Part shown: piece after piece, positions 30,377-39,939 of the stretch
Position numbering within the stretch: the stretch's first letter is position 1
How the letters are laid out: every line of letters starts with the position of its first letter
Assembly: GCA_030695905.1 (NCBI GenBank)
Contig: JAUYOL010000043.1
Span: 194,561-258,560 of the forward strand
DNA: 64,000 nucleotides
Direction: 5' to 3'
Source of the DNA: Candidatus Omnitrophota bacterium
Lineage (GTDB): Bacteria > Omnitrophota > Gorgyraeia > 2-01-FULL-45-10
Program-made: the position numbers and the translations under genes
Notes under the pieces: generated by a model
The model's database searches: none
What the model saw: only the letters and a program-made list of their open reading frames with translations
Told to the model about the DNA's origin: nothing

Positions 30377-30620
30377 ATTTTTTAATTCCCTGTTTCTTAA
30401 AAAGTATCCTTACCGAATCCGACGGTATCGCGCCCACCCCGAGCCAATATTGTGCGCGCTCTTTATCTATCTTCACATTAGCCGGATTGGTCTTCGGATC
30501 GTAATAACCCAGTGTCTCTATAGGTCTACTGTCTCTTGCTCTACGCTTGTCTATAACAACAATGCGATGAGACGGCTTCTTCAGGGTTCCGAACCTCTTC
30601 AATCTGATAACTGCTGGCAT
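30375..30620 (-). CDS. rpsP: 30S ribosomal protein S16
   Basis: 81 aa, starting MPAVIRLKRFGTLKKPSHRIVVIDKRRARDSRPIETLGYYDP. Confidence 0.9.
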   Translation of the reverse strand: MPAVIRLKRFGTLKKPSHRIVVIDKRRARDSRPIETLGYYDPKTNPANVKIDKERAQYWLGVGAIPSDSVRILFKKQGIKK

Positions 30621-30630
30621 CTACTACCTC

Positions 30631-31896
30631 CTATTTCTCTTTTTCTCTCCACACTTTTGCTCCCAACTTCACGAGCTTATCTTCTAACATCTCATAGCCC
30701 CTGTCAAGATGATAGATCCTATGAACATCTGTCCTGCCTTTGGCTACGAGCCCCGCGAGGACAAGCGCGGCTGACGCTCTTAAATCCGACGCCATGACAG
30801 GCGCGCCGCTTAAATTTTTTACTCCCTTTATTATCGCACATGGGCCTTCCAATAAAATATTCGCGCCCATCCTATTGAGCTCGCTTATATGTATAAATCT
30901 TTCCGGATAAATCTTTTCCGTTATTACGCTTATGCCTTCGGTAACAGCCATAAGGCTCATGAACTGCGCCTGCATATCTGTGGCAAACCCGGGATACGGC
31001 AACGTAGTCACGTCGGTGGGCTTGAGCCTGCGGACATATTTTACCCTAAGCCCATTCGGCACTTTCTTTATCGAAACTCCTGATTCCGCCAGTTTATCTG
31101 CCAAAGCTATCAAGTGTTCCAACCTCGCGTTCTTTAATATAATATCGCCTTTTGTTATGGCCGCCGCAAGCATATACGTCCCCGTTTCAATTCTGTCCGG
31201 AATTACCGAATGTTCCGCGCCGTGCAGCTTTTTTACCCCTTCGATTATAACTCTTGGAGTGCCGGCCCCTTTTATCTTAGCGCCCATCTTCACCAAAAAC
31301 GCGGCAAGATCCGCGACTTCCGGCTCACAGGCTGCGTTCTCTATTATAGTGACACCTTGTGTAAGCGTCGCCGCCATCATTACATTGTCTGTGGCAAGAA
31401 CGCTCGAACCAAAATGTCCGCCAAGATATATGTGCGTGCCTTTTAACCTGCTGCCATCCGCTATTATATACCCTTTTTCTACCTTTATCTTGGCGCCAAG
31501 CGCCCTCAGGCCTTTCAAGTGAATATCTATTGGACGAGGGCCTATTACACATCCGCCGGGAAATGAGACTTCCGCTCTCTTTTGTTTGGCAAGCAACGGG
31601 CCTAAAACACAGATAGACGCGCGCATAGTGCTCACCAATTCATACGGCGCCACATATTTTGAATACCCTTTTGGCTCAATGGTAATGCAATCGCCTTCCT
31701 GCTTAACACTTGCGCCGAAGTTCTTCAATATCTTCAGCATCGTCGACATATCGCGCAGCGCGGGAATATTCCTTATGACGGATTTGGCGTCCGAAAGGAG
31801 TGTCGCCGCGAGTATCGGAAGGCACGCGTTCTTAGCGCCACTTATCGATACCGTGCCTTCTAACCGCCTACCGCCTTCTATTACTAATTTATCCAT
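30631..31896 (-). CDS. murA: UDP-N-acetylglucosamine 1-carboxyvinyltransferase
   Basis: 421 aa, starting MDKLVIEGGRRLEGTVSISGAKNA. Active-site Cys in RASICVLGPL. Confidence 0.95.
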   Translation of the reverse strand: MDKLVIEGGRRLEGTVSISGAKNACLPILAATLLSDAKSVIRNIPALRDMSTMLKILKNFGASVKQEGDCITIEPKGYSKYVAPYELVSTMRASICVLGPLLAKQKRAEVSFPGGCVIGPRPIDIHLKGLRALGAKIKVEKGYIIADGSRLKGTHIYLGGHFGSSVLATDNVMMAATLTQGVTIIENAACEPEVADLAAFLVKMGAKIKGAGTPRVIIEGVKKLHGAEHSVIPDRIETGTYMLAAAITKGDIILKNARLEHLIALADKLAESGVSIKKVPNGLRVKYVRRLKPTDVTTLPYPGFATDMQAQFMSLMAVTEGISVITEKIYPERFIHISELNRMGANILLEGPCAIIKGVKNLSGAPVMASDLRASAALVLAGLVAKGRTDVHRIYHLDRGYEMLEDKLVKLGAKVWREKEK

Positions 31897-32564
31897 TTTA
31901 CTTTAACTACCCTGTCTATATTGTACTGGTCTTCTTTAACATCTATGAGTTCAAACCCATCGTGCTTATTAATTATGACTTTGATCGCCTCGCGCTGTCC
32001 ATAGCCTATCTCCATAATGCAATATCCGCCTGTCTTCAAATATTTGGGCGCTTCATTAAATATTTTTCTGTAAAAGTCCAACCCGTCTTCGCCGCCGTCC
32101 AATGCCACTACAGGCTCTTTCAGGACCTCTTTTTGCAGAGTCTTGAATTCATGGCGAGCTATATAGGGCGGATTCGTTACAATTACGTCGAATTTACCGT
32201 CGATGCTTTCAAAGAGATCGCTTTTTAAAAATACGACATTGTCGGATACTCCGTTGATAGCCGCGTTGGCTTTGGCTATTTCCAGGGCTTTATCCGATAT
32301 ATCGGAAGCGAGTATTTTACAATTTGTGACATTTTTAGTCAATGAGATTGCTATGCAGCCCGACCCGGTGCACAGATCCAGTATCCGCAGGCCGGTAACC
32401 TGGGGCCGGTATTCGTTAATTGTGTCCAGTACGGTATTGACCAAAATCTCCGTTTCCGGACGAGGGATGAATACGTCTTCATTTACTATGAAGTCCAGTC
32501 CGAAAAATTTTTCCTTACCTATAATGTACTGAAGCGGCGTAAATGGCTTTATCGGGTTAATCAT
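31884..32564 (-). CDS. prmC: release-factor glutamine methyltransferase (HemK/PrmC)
   Basis: 226 aa. NPPY motif (VTNPPYI) and SAM-binding DLCTGSGCIA. Lies adjacent to prfA. Confidence 0.85.
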   Translation of the reverse strand: MINPIKPFTPLQYIIGKEKFFGLDFIVNEDVFIPRPETEILVNTVLDTINEYRPQVTGLRILDLCTGSGCIAISLTKNVTNCKILASDISDKALEIAKANAAINGVSDNVVFLKSDLFESIDGKFDVIVTNPPYIARHEFKTLQKEVLKEPVVALDGGEDGLDFYRKIFNEAPKYLKTGGYCIMEIGYGQREAIKVIINKHDGFELIDVKEDQYNIDRVVKVKWIN

Positions 32565-33634
32565 TTTGTCGTCTGAAGCCTCAATTTTTTGTCTTCGGCT
32601 CTTAGCGCGTCTATTATTTCGTCAAGCTCGCCTTCCAGCATCTCTTCCAGATTGTGCGCGGTAAAACCTATCCTGTGATCGGTTACACGCCTGTCAGGAA
32701 AATTATATGTGCGTATCTTCTCGGAACGGTCACCTGTTCCTACCTGCGCCTTACGCGACTGGGATATCTTCCTGTCGTGTTCGGTCTTCCTCATATCGAA
32801 TAGCCGCGCTCTTAATACCTTTAGAGCCTTCGCCTTGTTCTTAAGCTGTGAGCGCTCGTCCTGGCACGTAACTACCATACCCGTAGGGATATGCGTCATG
32901 CGCACCGCGGAATCTGTCCTGTTAACACCCTGCCCGCCCGCGCCTCCAGACCTGAATACATCTATCCTCAAATCCTCGGGCCTGACTTCTACATCGACAT
33001 CTTCCGCTTCCGGCAATACCGCCACGGTCGCCGCCGAAGTATGTATCCTGCCGCTTGCTTCCGTATCCGGAACGCGTTGGACACGGTGAGTGCCGCTTTC
33101 AAATTTCATTCTGCTATACACACCCGATCCGGATATTGAGAATATTACTTCTTTAAAACCGCCCTTTTCTGTAGTGCTTGCGTCTATCGGCTCCAGCTTC
33201 CACCCTTTTTTCGCGGCATATTTCGAGTACATTCTCAATAGATCCGCGGCAAAAAGGCCCGCTTCAACGCCTCCGGTGCCCGCGCGTATTTCTACGATTA
33301 TGTTCCTATCGCCGCCGGATTCTTTCTCCAGCACCAGGTCCTCGAGCCGCGTCTCTGACGCTTTAAGCGCGTCTTTAAGCTTAAGATACTCTTCTTCCGC
33401 CAAGACGATAAAATCCTTATCGTGCCCCTTTTCTTTGAGCACTTTCTCTATCTCGGACAGATCGTTGGCGATCCTTTGATATTTATTGTATTCATTTATC
33501 AAGGGAGTCAAGCCCGACACCTCTTTGGCGTAATTCTGATAGAGAGCCTTATTCGCTATGACTTCCGCGTTAGCCAAAAGATCGTGCAGTTCGCTGTAGC
33601 GCTTCTTTTTTTCTGTGACTATCTTTAAAACCAT
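32561..33634 (-). CDS. prfA: peptide chain release factor 1
   Basis: 357 aa. GGQ motif (SGGAGGQGVNRTDSAVR) and a PxT-type decoding region. Confidence 0.95.
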   Translation of the reverse strand: MVLKIVTEKKKRYSELHDLLANAEVIANKALYQNYAKEVSGLTPLINEYNKYQRIANDLSEIEKVLKEKGHDKDFIVLAEEEYLKLKDALKASETRLEDLVLEKESGGDRNIIVEIRAGTGGVEAGLFAADLLRMYSKYAAKKGWKLEPIDASTTEKGGFKEVIFSISGSGVYSRMKFESGTHRVQRVPDTEASGRIHTSAATVAVLPEAEDVDVEVRPEDLRIDVFRSGGAGGQGVNRTDSAVRMTHIPTGMVVTCQDERSQLKNKAKALKVLRARLFDMRKTEHDRKISQSRKAQVGTGDRSEKIRTYNFPDRRVTDHRIGFTAHNLEEMLEGELDEIIDALRAEDKKLRLQTTK

Positions 33635-33644
33635 ATTTTAACTA

Positions 33645-33875
33645 TCAGCCTTTGGCTTCCGGCGTTTTTTCTTTCTTCTTTCCCGCGTAACGCTTGGTAA
33701 ACTTCTCTACCCTGCCCGCCGAGTCAACCAGCTTCTGCTTACCGGTAAAGAACGGATGGCACTTTGAGCAGATATCAACGTGTATGACCGGCTTCGTCGA
33801 TCTGGTATGGATCGTCTCGCCGCAGACACAGCTGATTGTCGCCTCTTTGTATTGTGGATGTATCTTGTCTTTCAC
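33645..33875 (-). CDS. rpmE: 50S ribosomal protein L31
   Basis: 76 aa, starting [20 protein letters not shown]. Zinc-ribbon Cys pairs. Confidence 0.9.
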   Translation of the reverse strand: MKDKIHPQYKEATISCVCGETIHTRSTKPVIHVDICSKCHPFFTGKQKLVDSAGRVEKFTKRYAGKKKEKTPEAKG

Positions 33876-33891
33876 TTTTTTTCCTCCATGT

Positions 33892-35172
33892 TTATTTTTG
33901 GTTTAACGTCATTAAGAATTCGGCGTTGGTCTTTGTCTTCGACAATTTTTCTATCAGAAGCTGCATTGCCTCGTCGGAATTCAGCTCCTGCAGCACTTTT
34001 CTCATGAGCCATATCCTTTTCAGCTCATCATCCCGCACCAATAGTTCCTCGCGCCTCGTATTCGAGCGCTTTATGTCTATGGCAGGATATATCCTCTTCT
34101 GGAACAGGTTTCTGTCGAGCTGCAACTCCATATTGCCGGTTCCCTTAAATTCTTCGAATATGACTTCATCCATTCGCGAGCCTGTATCCACAAGCGCCGT
34201 CGCGATAATGGTAAGTGAGCCACCCTCTTCTATCTTTCTCGCGGCTCCGAAGAATCTCTTCGGTTTCTGCAGCGCGTTCGAATCTACGCCGCCGGAGAGT
34301 ATCTTCCCCGAATGCGGTACGCAGGTATTATACGCCCTGGCAAGCCTCGTGATCGAATCGAGAAGCACCACAACGTCCTTACCGCTCTCAACGAGACGCT
34401 TCGCCTTTTCCAGTACTATCTCGGCGACTTGAATATGACGCTCCGCCGGCTCATCGAATGTAGAACTTATGACCTCGCCTTTGACCAGCCGCTGCATATC
34501 CGTAACTTCTTCCGGCCGCTCGTCTATCAAAAGCACTATAAGAACCGCTTCCGGATAGTTGGTCGTAATAGAGTTGGCGAATTTCTGCAGAAGTACCGTC
34601 TTGCCGCTATACGGAGGCGCCACTATCATGCCGCGCTGTCCCTTTCCTATAGGAGTGAACAGGTCCATTATACGCGTCGATACTTCCTGAGGTTTTGTCT
34701 CGAGCATAAAGCGCTCATTCGGATATATCGGCGTCAGGTTGTCAAAGAGCGTCTTGTCTTTGGTCTCTTCCGGATTACCGAAATTCACGGCCTCAACTTT
34801 TAATAAAGCGAAGTACCTCTCTCCCTCTTTCGGAGGACGTATCTGTCCGCTTACGGTATCGCCCGTCCTTAAGTTAAATCTTCGTATCTGTGACGGCGAT
34901 ATGTAAATATCGTCCGGCCCCGGAAGATAATTGTAATCCGGGCTTCTTAAAAATCCGAATCCGTCGGGCAGGATCTCAAGCACGCCCTCGCCAAAGATAA
35001 GGCCCTCCTTTTCTGTCTTTGCCTGCAGAATCCTGAATATGAGGTCCTGCTTCTTGAGGCCGCTTATCCCGTTAACATTGAGATCTTTGGCCAACTTTGT
35101 CAATTCAGAGATACTTTTTCCTTTTAACTCGGCTATCTCCATACCCTTGCTCCCTTCTTTAAGTCTTGCCAT
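33892..35172 (-). CDS. rho: transcription termination factor Rho. The biological start is probably MEIAELK at about 35142, which reduces the overlap with coaE
   Basis: N-terminal RNA-binding domain, Walker [13 protein letters not shown]- and R-loops. No large N-terminal insertion. Confidence 0.95.
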   Translation of the reverse strand: MARLKEGSKGMEIAELKGKSISELTKLAKDLNVNGISGLKKQDLIFRILQAKTEKEGLIFGEGVLEILPDGFGFLRSPDYNYLPGPDDIYISPSQIRRFNLRTGDTVSGQIRPPKEGERYFALLKVEAVNFGNPEETKDKTLFDNLTPIYPNERFMLETKPQEVSTRIMDLFTPIGKGQRGMIVAPPYSGKTVLLQKFANSITTNYPEAVLIVLLIDERPEEVTDMQRLVKGEVISSTFDEPAERHIQVAEIVLEKAKRLVESGKDVVVLLDSITRLARAYNTCVPHSGKILSGGVDSNALQKPKRFFGAARKIEEGGSLTIIATALVDTGSRMDEVIFEEFKGTGNMELQLDRNLFQKRIYPAIDIKRSNTRREELLVRDDELKRIWLMRKVLQELNSDEAMQLLIEKLSKTKTNAEFLMTLNQK

Positions 35173-35735
35173 ATTTTTACCACCTGCTTTTTCGTTTCCT
35201 TTCTGGTACCGTTGTTATCTACCACATAATCCGCTTTACCTATCTTTGCCTTAAGCGGCATCTGGCACTCCATCCTCTTATAAATATCCTCTTTTTTTAA
35301 ATTAAACTTCTTTACGCACCTGTCTACCTGCTTTTCTCTCGAGGACTTCACAACCACAAGCACGTTCACTAATCCCAAGAGGCTCGTTTCGCAAATTAGC
35401 GGAGCGTCCACTACCAATACCTCATTTTTCGACGACCTTATCTCATCTTTTATCTTTTTTATCACAACGGGATGAATTATGCTATTCAGCCTGGCGATTT
35501 TTCTCTTATCACTAAAGGCAATTTTACCGAGGGACTTTCTGTCTATCAGGCCCTTAGTATCCAATATAGATCTGCCGAAAACAGAAACTATATTTTTATA
35601 TGTGGACGAACCCTTTTTAAGCGTATTATGCGCGAGCTTATCGGCATCGACAATCCTTGCCCCAAGCTTCTTAAAAATCTTGGCTACAAAGCTCTTTCCT
35701 GTGCCAAAACCGCCGGTAAGCCCCACTATAGCCAT
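35133..35735 (-). CDS. coaE: dephospho-CoA kinase
   Basis: 200 aa, starting [16 protein letters not shown] (P-loop). Confidence 0.85.
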   Translation of the reverse strand: MAIVGLTGGFGTGKSFVAKIFKKLGARIVDADKLAHNTLKKGSSTYKNIVSVFGRSILDTKGLIDRKSLGKIAFSDKRKIARLNSIIHPVVIKKIKDEIRSSKNEVLVVDAPLICETSLLGLVNVLVVVKSSREKQVDRCVKKFNLKKEDIYKRMECQMPLKAKIGKADYVVDNNGTRKETKKQVVKIWQDLKKGARVWR

Positions 35736-37124
35736 CTATTTATTCAACACCTTATTGTAGACGTTCATATACTCTTTTGCGGAAGCCTCCCATGAATAGT
35801 CCAGGCTCATCACGTATTTTACAAGGCTCATCCACAGCGGCTTATCTTTATAAACCGTGAGCGCCTTCTTAACTGCCGCAAAAAGATCTTCCGACTTAGG
35901 TTCTATAAACGTAAATCCGGTGCCCTTTCCCGTTCTTGGGTTAAATTCTTCTACCGTATCTTTCAACCCGCCTGTCTGCCTTACAATAGGGATCGTCCCA
36001 TACTTAAAACTTATCATCTGGCTCAATCCACAAGGCTCATATCTCGAAGGTATAAAAAACATATCCGATGACGCATATATCTTTTGAGCTAACACCGCGT
36101 CAAATTTCAGGCTTATCGAAGCGCTGGACGGATATTTTTTCGCAATCTTTTCGAATATAATGTGGTATTTGTTGTCGCCCGTACCGAGCAGAACGAACTG
36201 CGCCTTCATATTAAGGACCTTATCTATTATGTCAGCTACAAAATCCGCGCCTTTCTGTTCCGCAAGGCGGGATATCATGCCAAACATCGGTATATTCCTA
36301 TCGACTTTGAGCCCCATCTCCTTCTGGAACATCTCTTTATTCAGATATTTATCCTGCAATGAGTCGACAGAATACTTTTTAAATATTTTGGGATCTTTCT
36401 CGGGGCTCCAGAGGTTATAGTCTATACCGTTTAATATTCCATACAGCGCATTTTCGCGGTTCTTCAGCACGCCCTCCAGCCCGCAACCAAATTCGCGCGT
36501 AAGTATCTCTTCGGCATAAGTCTTACTCACTGTGCTTATAGCGTCCGAATATACCATACCGGCTTTCATCAGATTTACTTTGTCATAAAATTCAAAATAA
36601 TCTATGTTAAATAGCGCCCAGTCAAGCCCCAGCTTTGGATATTCCTCCTTCGGAAATACCCCCTGATAAGCGAGGTTGTGTATAGTGTACAAAATTTTCG
36701 TATTTGCGAAAAAGGAATCGTACTTATATATCGTATTTAAATATACCGGGACCAGCGCGGTCTGCCAGTCATTACAATGAATAACATCGGGAGCGAATTT
36801 TTCCTTCTTACACCTTTCTAATATTTCGCGTGAGAAGAATACAAACCTGTCGAGGTTATCTTTATAATCGCCGAATTTGTCGCCGTATAATTCTTTCCTG
36901 TTAAAATAATCATCATTCTCTACAAAATATACCTTAACATTTTTTCCTATCGTCGCTGAATCCCCGACAACCTTCACAGACGCGTATTTAGGCATGATAA
37001 CCCTGACATCAACACCGCATTCCTCCAAAGCAAGCGGCAGACTGCCGGCGACATCAGCAAGCCCTCCCGTCTTGGCAAACGGCACCACTTCGCTTGAGGC
37101 CACCAATACTTTTAATTTTGCCAT
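35736..37124 (-). CDS. glgA: glycogen synthase (ADP-glucose type, GT5)
   Basis: 462 aa. MAKLKVLVASSEVVPFAKTGGLADVAGSLP (KTGGL motif) and a GT-B C-terminal half. Confidence 0.9.
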   Translation of the reverse strand: MAKLKVLVASSEVVPFAKTGGLADVAGSLPLALEECGVDVRVIMPKYASVKVVGDSATIGKNVKVYFVENDDYFNRKELYGDKFGDYKDNLDRFVFFSREILERCKKEKFAPDVIHCNDWQTALVPVYLNTIYKYDSFFANTKILYTIHNLAYQGVFPKEEYPKLGLDWALFNIDYFEFYDKVNLMKAGMVYSDAISTVSKTYAEEILTREFGCGLEGVLKNRENALYGILNGIDYNLWSPEKDPKIFKKYSVDSLQDKYLNKEMFQKEMGLKVDRNIPMFGMISRLAEQKGADFVADIIDKVLNMKAQFVLLGTGDNKYHIIFEKIAKKYPSSASISLKFDAVLAQKIYASSDMFFIPSRYEPCGLSQMISFKYGTIPIVRQTGGLKDTVEEFNPRTGKGTGFTFIEPKSEDLFAAVKKALTVYKDKPLWMSLVKYVMSLDYSWEASAKEYMNVYNKVLNK

Positions 37125-37147
37125 TACCCCTCCATTTTTTCAGCTTT

Positions 37148-37167
37148 AAGCTTACGACTTATAGCTT
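37148..37167. repeat. copy 2, AAGCTTACGACTTATAGCTT, overlapping the polA stop and last codons, 25 nt before the glgA start
   Basis: Seen directly. Confidence 0.5.
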
Positions 37168-39827
37168 TCTTGCTCTAACCAATTCTTGCCCACCTCTATA
37201 TGGGCCTCTACAGGCACTTTCAACTTTATTATATTCTCCATGCCGTCCTTCACTATTTCATATACTTCCTTAAGCTCATCTTTATTCACATCAAAGACAA
37301 GTTCGTCGTGAACCTGCATGATCATCTTAGAGGACAGATTCTTTTTCATTAGTCTTTCCTGTATCGCTATCATGGCTACTTTTATTATATCGGCTGCCGA
37401 CCCCTGTATCGGCGTGTTTATGGCTGCTCTCTCGGCAAACTGACGGATGCGCATATCCTGGCTGTTTATTTCTGAAATATAACGTCTTCTGCCCAGGATT
37501 GTCGTAACATAACCCTTTTCCCTGGCCTCTTCCAGCAAGTCTTCGATAAATTGCCGGACATTAGGATACCTTTCAAAATAAGCGTCTATGAATTCTTTGG
37601 CTTTGTCGACTTCTATGCTAAGGCTTTGCGATAGGCCATACGGGCTCATGCCGTATACTATGCCGAAATTTACGGTCTTCGCCATGTTTCTCATGTCGGG
37701 CGCCACATCTTTTTCTTCCACGCCAAATACCAGACTTGCCGTAAAAGAATGGATGTCGAGACCGTCTTTAAACGCTTTTGTAAGGTTCTTATCATCGGAA
37801 AAATGGGCCAGCACCCTCAGCTCTATCTGCGAATAATCGGCAGACAGCAATACATTGTCCTTGCCCGAAGGCACAAAGGCCTTCCTGATCTTCTTGCCTT
37901 CCTCAGTCTTTATCGGTATATTTTGCAAATTGGGCGTACTGGACGAAAGCCTGCCCGTAGCGGTAACGGTCTGGTTAAACGACGTATGAACCCTGCCGGT
38001 TTCCGGATTGATCAAAGCGGGTAAATTATCGACATAGGTGGATTTTAGCTTGGATAATTCCCTATATTCCAATAGTTTTTCAGGTAAGCCATGTTTAGCC
38101 GCAAGCTTCTTAAGAACGTCTTCATCCGTAGATATACCCGTCTTTGTGCGTCTTATAATGGGAAGTTTCAGCTTTTCGAATAATACCGATGACAGCTGCT
38201 TGGGCGAATTTATATTAAATTCCTCTCCTGCAAGTTCATAAATTTTTTTCGTCAGCTTATCGAGCTTCTTCTCCATCTCGCCTGAAAGCTCTTTTAGATA
38301 ATCGCCGTCTATAGATACTCCGTTCATCTCCATGCGCGCCAATACTTCTATAAGCGGAATTTCAACATCATAAAACAATTGGTCCAGGTCCTTTTTTGTA
38401 AGCTCTTTTTCCAGTATCTTCTTAAGACGAAACGTGACGTCGCTGTCCTCGCACGAGTAAGAGCACACCTTATCGACATCAACTTTATCCATCGTTATGG
38501 CGTTCTTGCCCTTACCGAGTAATTCCTGTATGGGCGTGGTCATCTTGTGCCCCAAATATTCTATGGATATATCATCAAGATTATGGTTAAACTTTGAGGG
38601 ATTGAGCAAATATGACGCTACCATTGTATCAAACACAATTCCTTTTACGCGAATCCCGTAATTTGCCAAAACTATATAGTCGTACTTTATATTCTGGCCT
38701 ATCTTCTTTATCTGGCTATCTTCAAAAACATTCTTTAATTTACTGATAACTAAATTAATATCGAGCTTCTTCTTCTCGGGGCCATCACATACGCCTACAT
38801 AATAGGCAATCCCTTCCTTCCAGGAAAAAGATATGCCCGCTAATTTTGCAAGCACAGGATCTTCGCTCGTAGTCTCGGTATCAAATACAAACTCCTTTGA
38901 ATTATAAAGTTCTTTTAGAAGGTCGTCGAGATCCTTTTCGTTATCAATAAGAATATATTCCGATTCCAGTTTCTCGCTGGGTATCGCGTCTTTCAATAGG
39001 GCCTTGAATTCGAACTCCCTGAATAATTCTGCAAGCTTTGCCTGGTCCGGCTCTTTTAAGGACAACTCTTTGAAATTTATGTCTATAGGAGCATTCATAT
39101 CAAGAACGGCCAATTCTTTACTCAAGAAAGCGTTCTTTTCGTTATCGGCCAGCATCTTCTTTCTCGCCGCGCTCTTTACCTTATCGATATTCTTATACAG
39201 CCCTTCAAGGCTGCCAAATTCACTTATAAGCTCCATCGCGGTCTTCTCGCCTATGCCTTTTACACCCGGGATATTATCGGTCGCGTCACCCATTAGTGCC
39301 ATCAGGTCTGTGATTCTGTCCGGCCCAACACCATACGCCTCTTTTACTTTAGCGGCATCATATATCAAGCCCTCTTTGTGCGTGCTGTAAACCTTGATAT
39401 GAGAATCAACAAGCTGGAGAGCGTCCTTATCTCCCGTAACTATAAAAGTATCTATACCCTTTTCTTCGGCCCTCTTAGCCAGCGTCGCAAGCACATCATC
39501 AGCTTCATATCCTTCTAATTCGTAGATAGGTATATTGTACGCCTGAACCACCTGTTTAATATACGGCATCTGGCTTACAAGGTCGTCAGGCATCGGCTTT
39601 CTATGGCTTTTGTATTCTTCATACTTTTTATGCCTAAAGGTGGGCCCTTTAAGATCAAATGCGACTGCCAGCATATCAGGCGCCTCATCCTTGACTATCT
39701 TGTTTAACATGGTCGTAAAGCCGTAAATGGCATTGGTGGGCTGGCCCTTTGAGTTAGAAAGGTTGCGTATGGCATAATACGCTCTGTAGCAAAATGAATT
39801 GCCATCAATTAGAAAAAGCCGTTTCAT
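37152..39827 (-). CDS. polA: DNA polymerase I
   Basis: 891 aa. 5' nuclease domain, 3'-5' exonuclease-like domain, and polymerase motifs A (DYSQIELR) and B (RRxAKxxNFGxxYG). Confidence 0.95.
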   Translation of the reverse strand: MKRLFLIDGNSFCYRAYYAIRNLSNSKGQPTNAIYGFTTMLNKIVKDEAPDMLAVAFDLKGPTFRHKKYEEYKSHRKPMPDDLVSQMPYIKQVVQAYNIPIYELEGYEADDVLATLAKRAEEKGIDTFIVTGDKDALQLVDSHIKVYSTHKEGLIYDAAKVKEAYGVGPDRITDLMALMGDATDNIPGVKGIGEKTAMELISEFGSLEGLYKNIDKVKSAARKKMLADNEKNAFLSKELAVLDMNAPIDINFKELSLKEPDQAKLAELFREFEFKALLKDAIPSEKLESEYILIDNEKDLDDLLKELYNSKEFVFDTETTSEDPVLAKLAGISFSWKEGIAYYVGVCDGPEKKKLDINLVISKLKNVFEDSQIKKIGQNIKYDYIVLANYGIRVKGIVFDTMVASYLLNPSKFNHNLDDISIEYLGHKMTTPIQELLGKGKNAITMDKVDVDKVCSYSCEDSDVTFRLKKILEKELTKKDLDQLFYDVEIPLIEVLARMEMNGVSIDGDYLKELSGEMEKKLDKLTKKIYELAGEEFNINSPKQLSSVLFEKLKLPIIRRTKTGISTDEDVLKKLAAKHGLPEKLLEYRELSKLKSTYVDNLPALINPETGRVHTSFNQTVTATGRLSSSTPNLQNIPIKTEEGKKIRKAFVPSGKDNVLLSADYSQIELRVLAHFSDDKNLTKAFKDGLDIHSFTASLVFGVEEKDVAPDMRNMAKTVNFGIVYGMSPYGLSQSLSIEVDKAKEFIDAYFERYPNVRQFIEDLLEEAREKGYVTTILGRRRYISEINSQDMRIRQFAERAAINTPIQGSAADIIKVAMIAIQERLMKKNLSSKMIMQVHDELVFDVNKDELKEVYEIVKDGMENIIKLKVPVEAHIEVGKNWLEQESYKS

Positions 39828-39909
39828 CCTATCATCTTATTTTTTGGGAGTTAACTTTAAAAGAAATGTGTTTAAGAGGCACTATCTCTTGATATAATTT
39901 TCAGTCGTA

Positions 39910-39939
39910 ATTATATAGCATATACCTAAAAATTGTCAA
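39910..39939 (-). promoter_or_regulatory. near-consensus sigma-70 promoter (TTGACA-18-TATAAT) about 75 nt upstream of polA
   Basis: The minus-strand sequence reads ttgacaatttttaggtatatgctatataat. The -35 element overlaps the stop codon of the upstream BNR gene. Confidence 0.4.
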
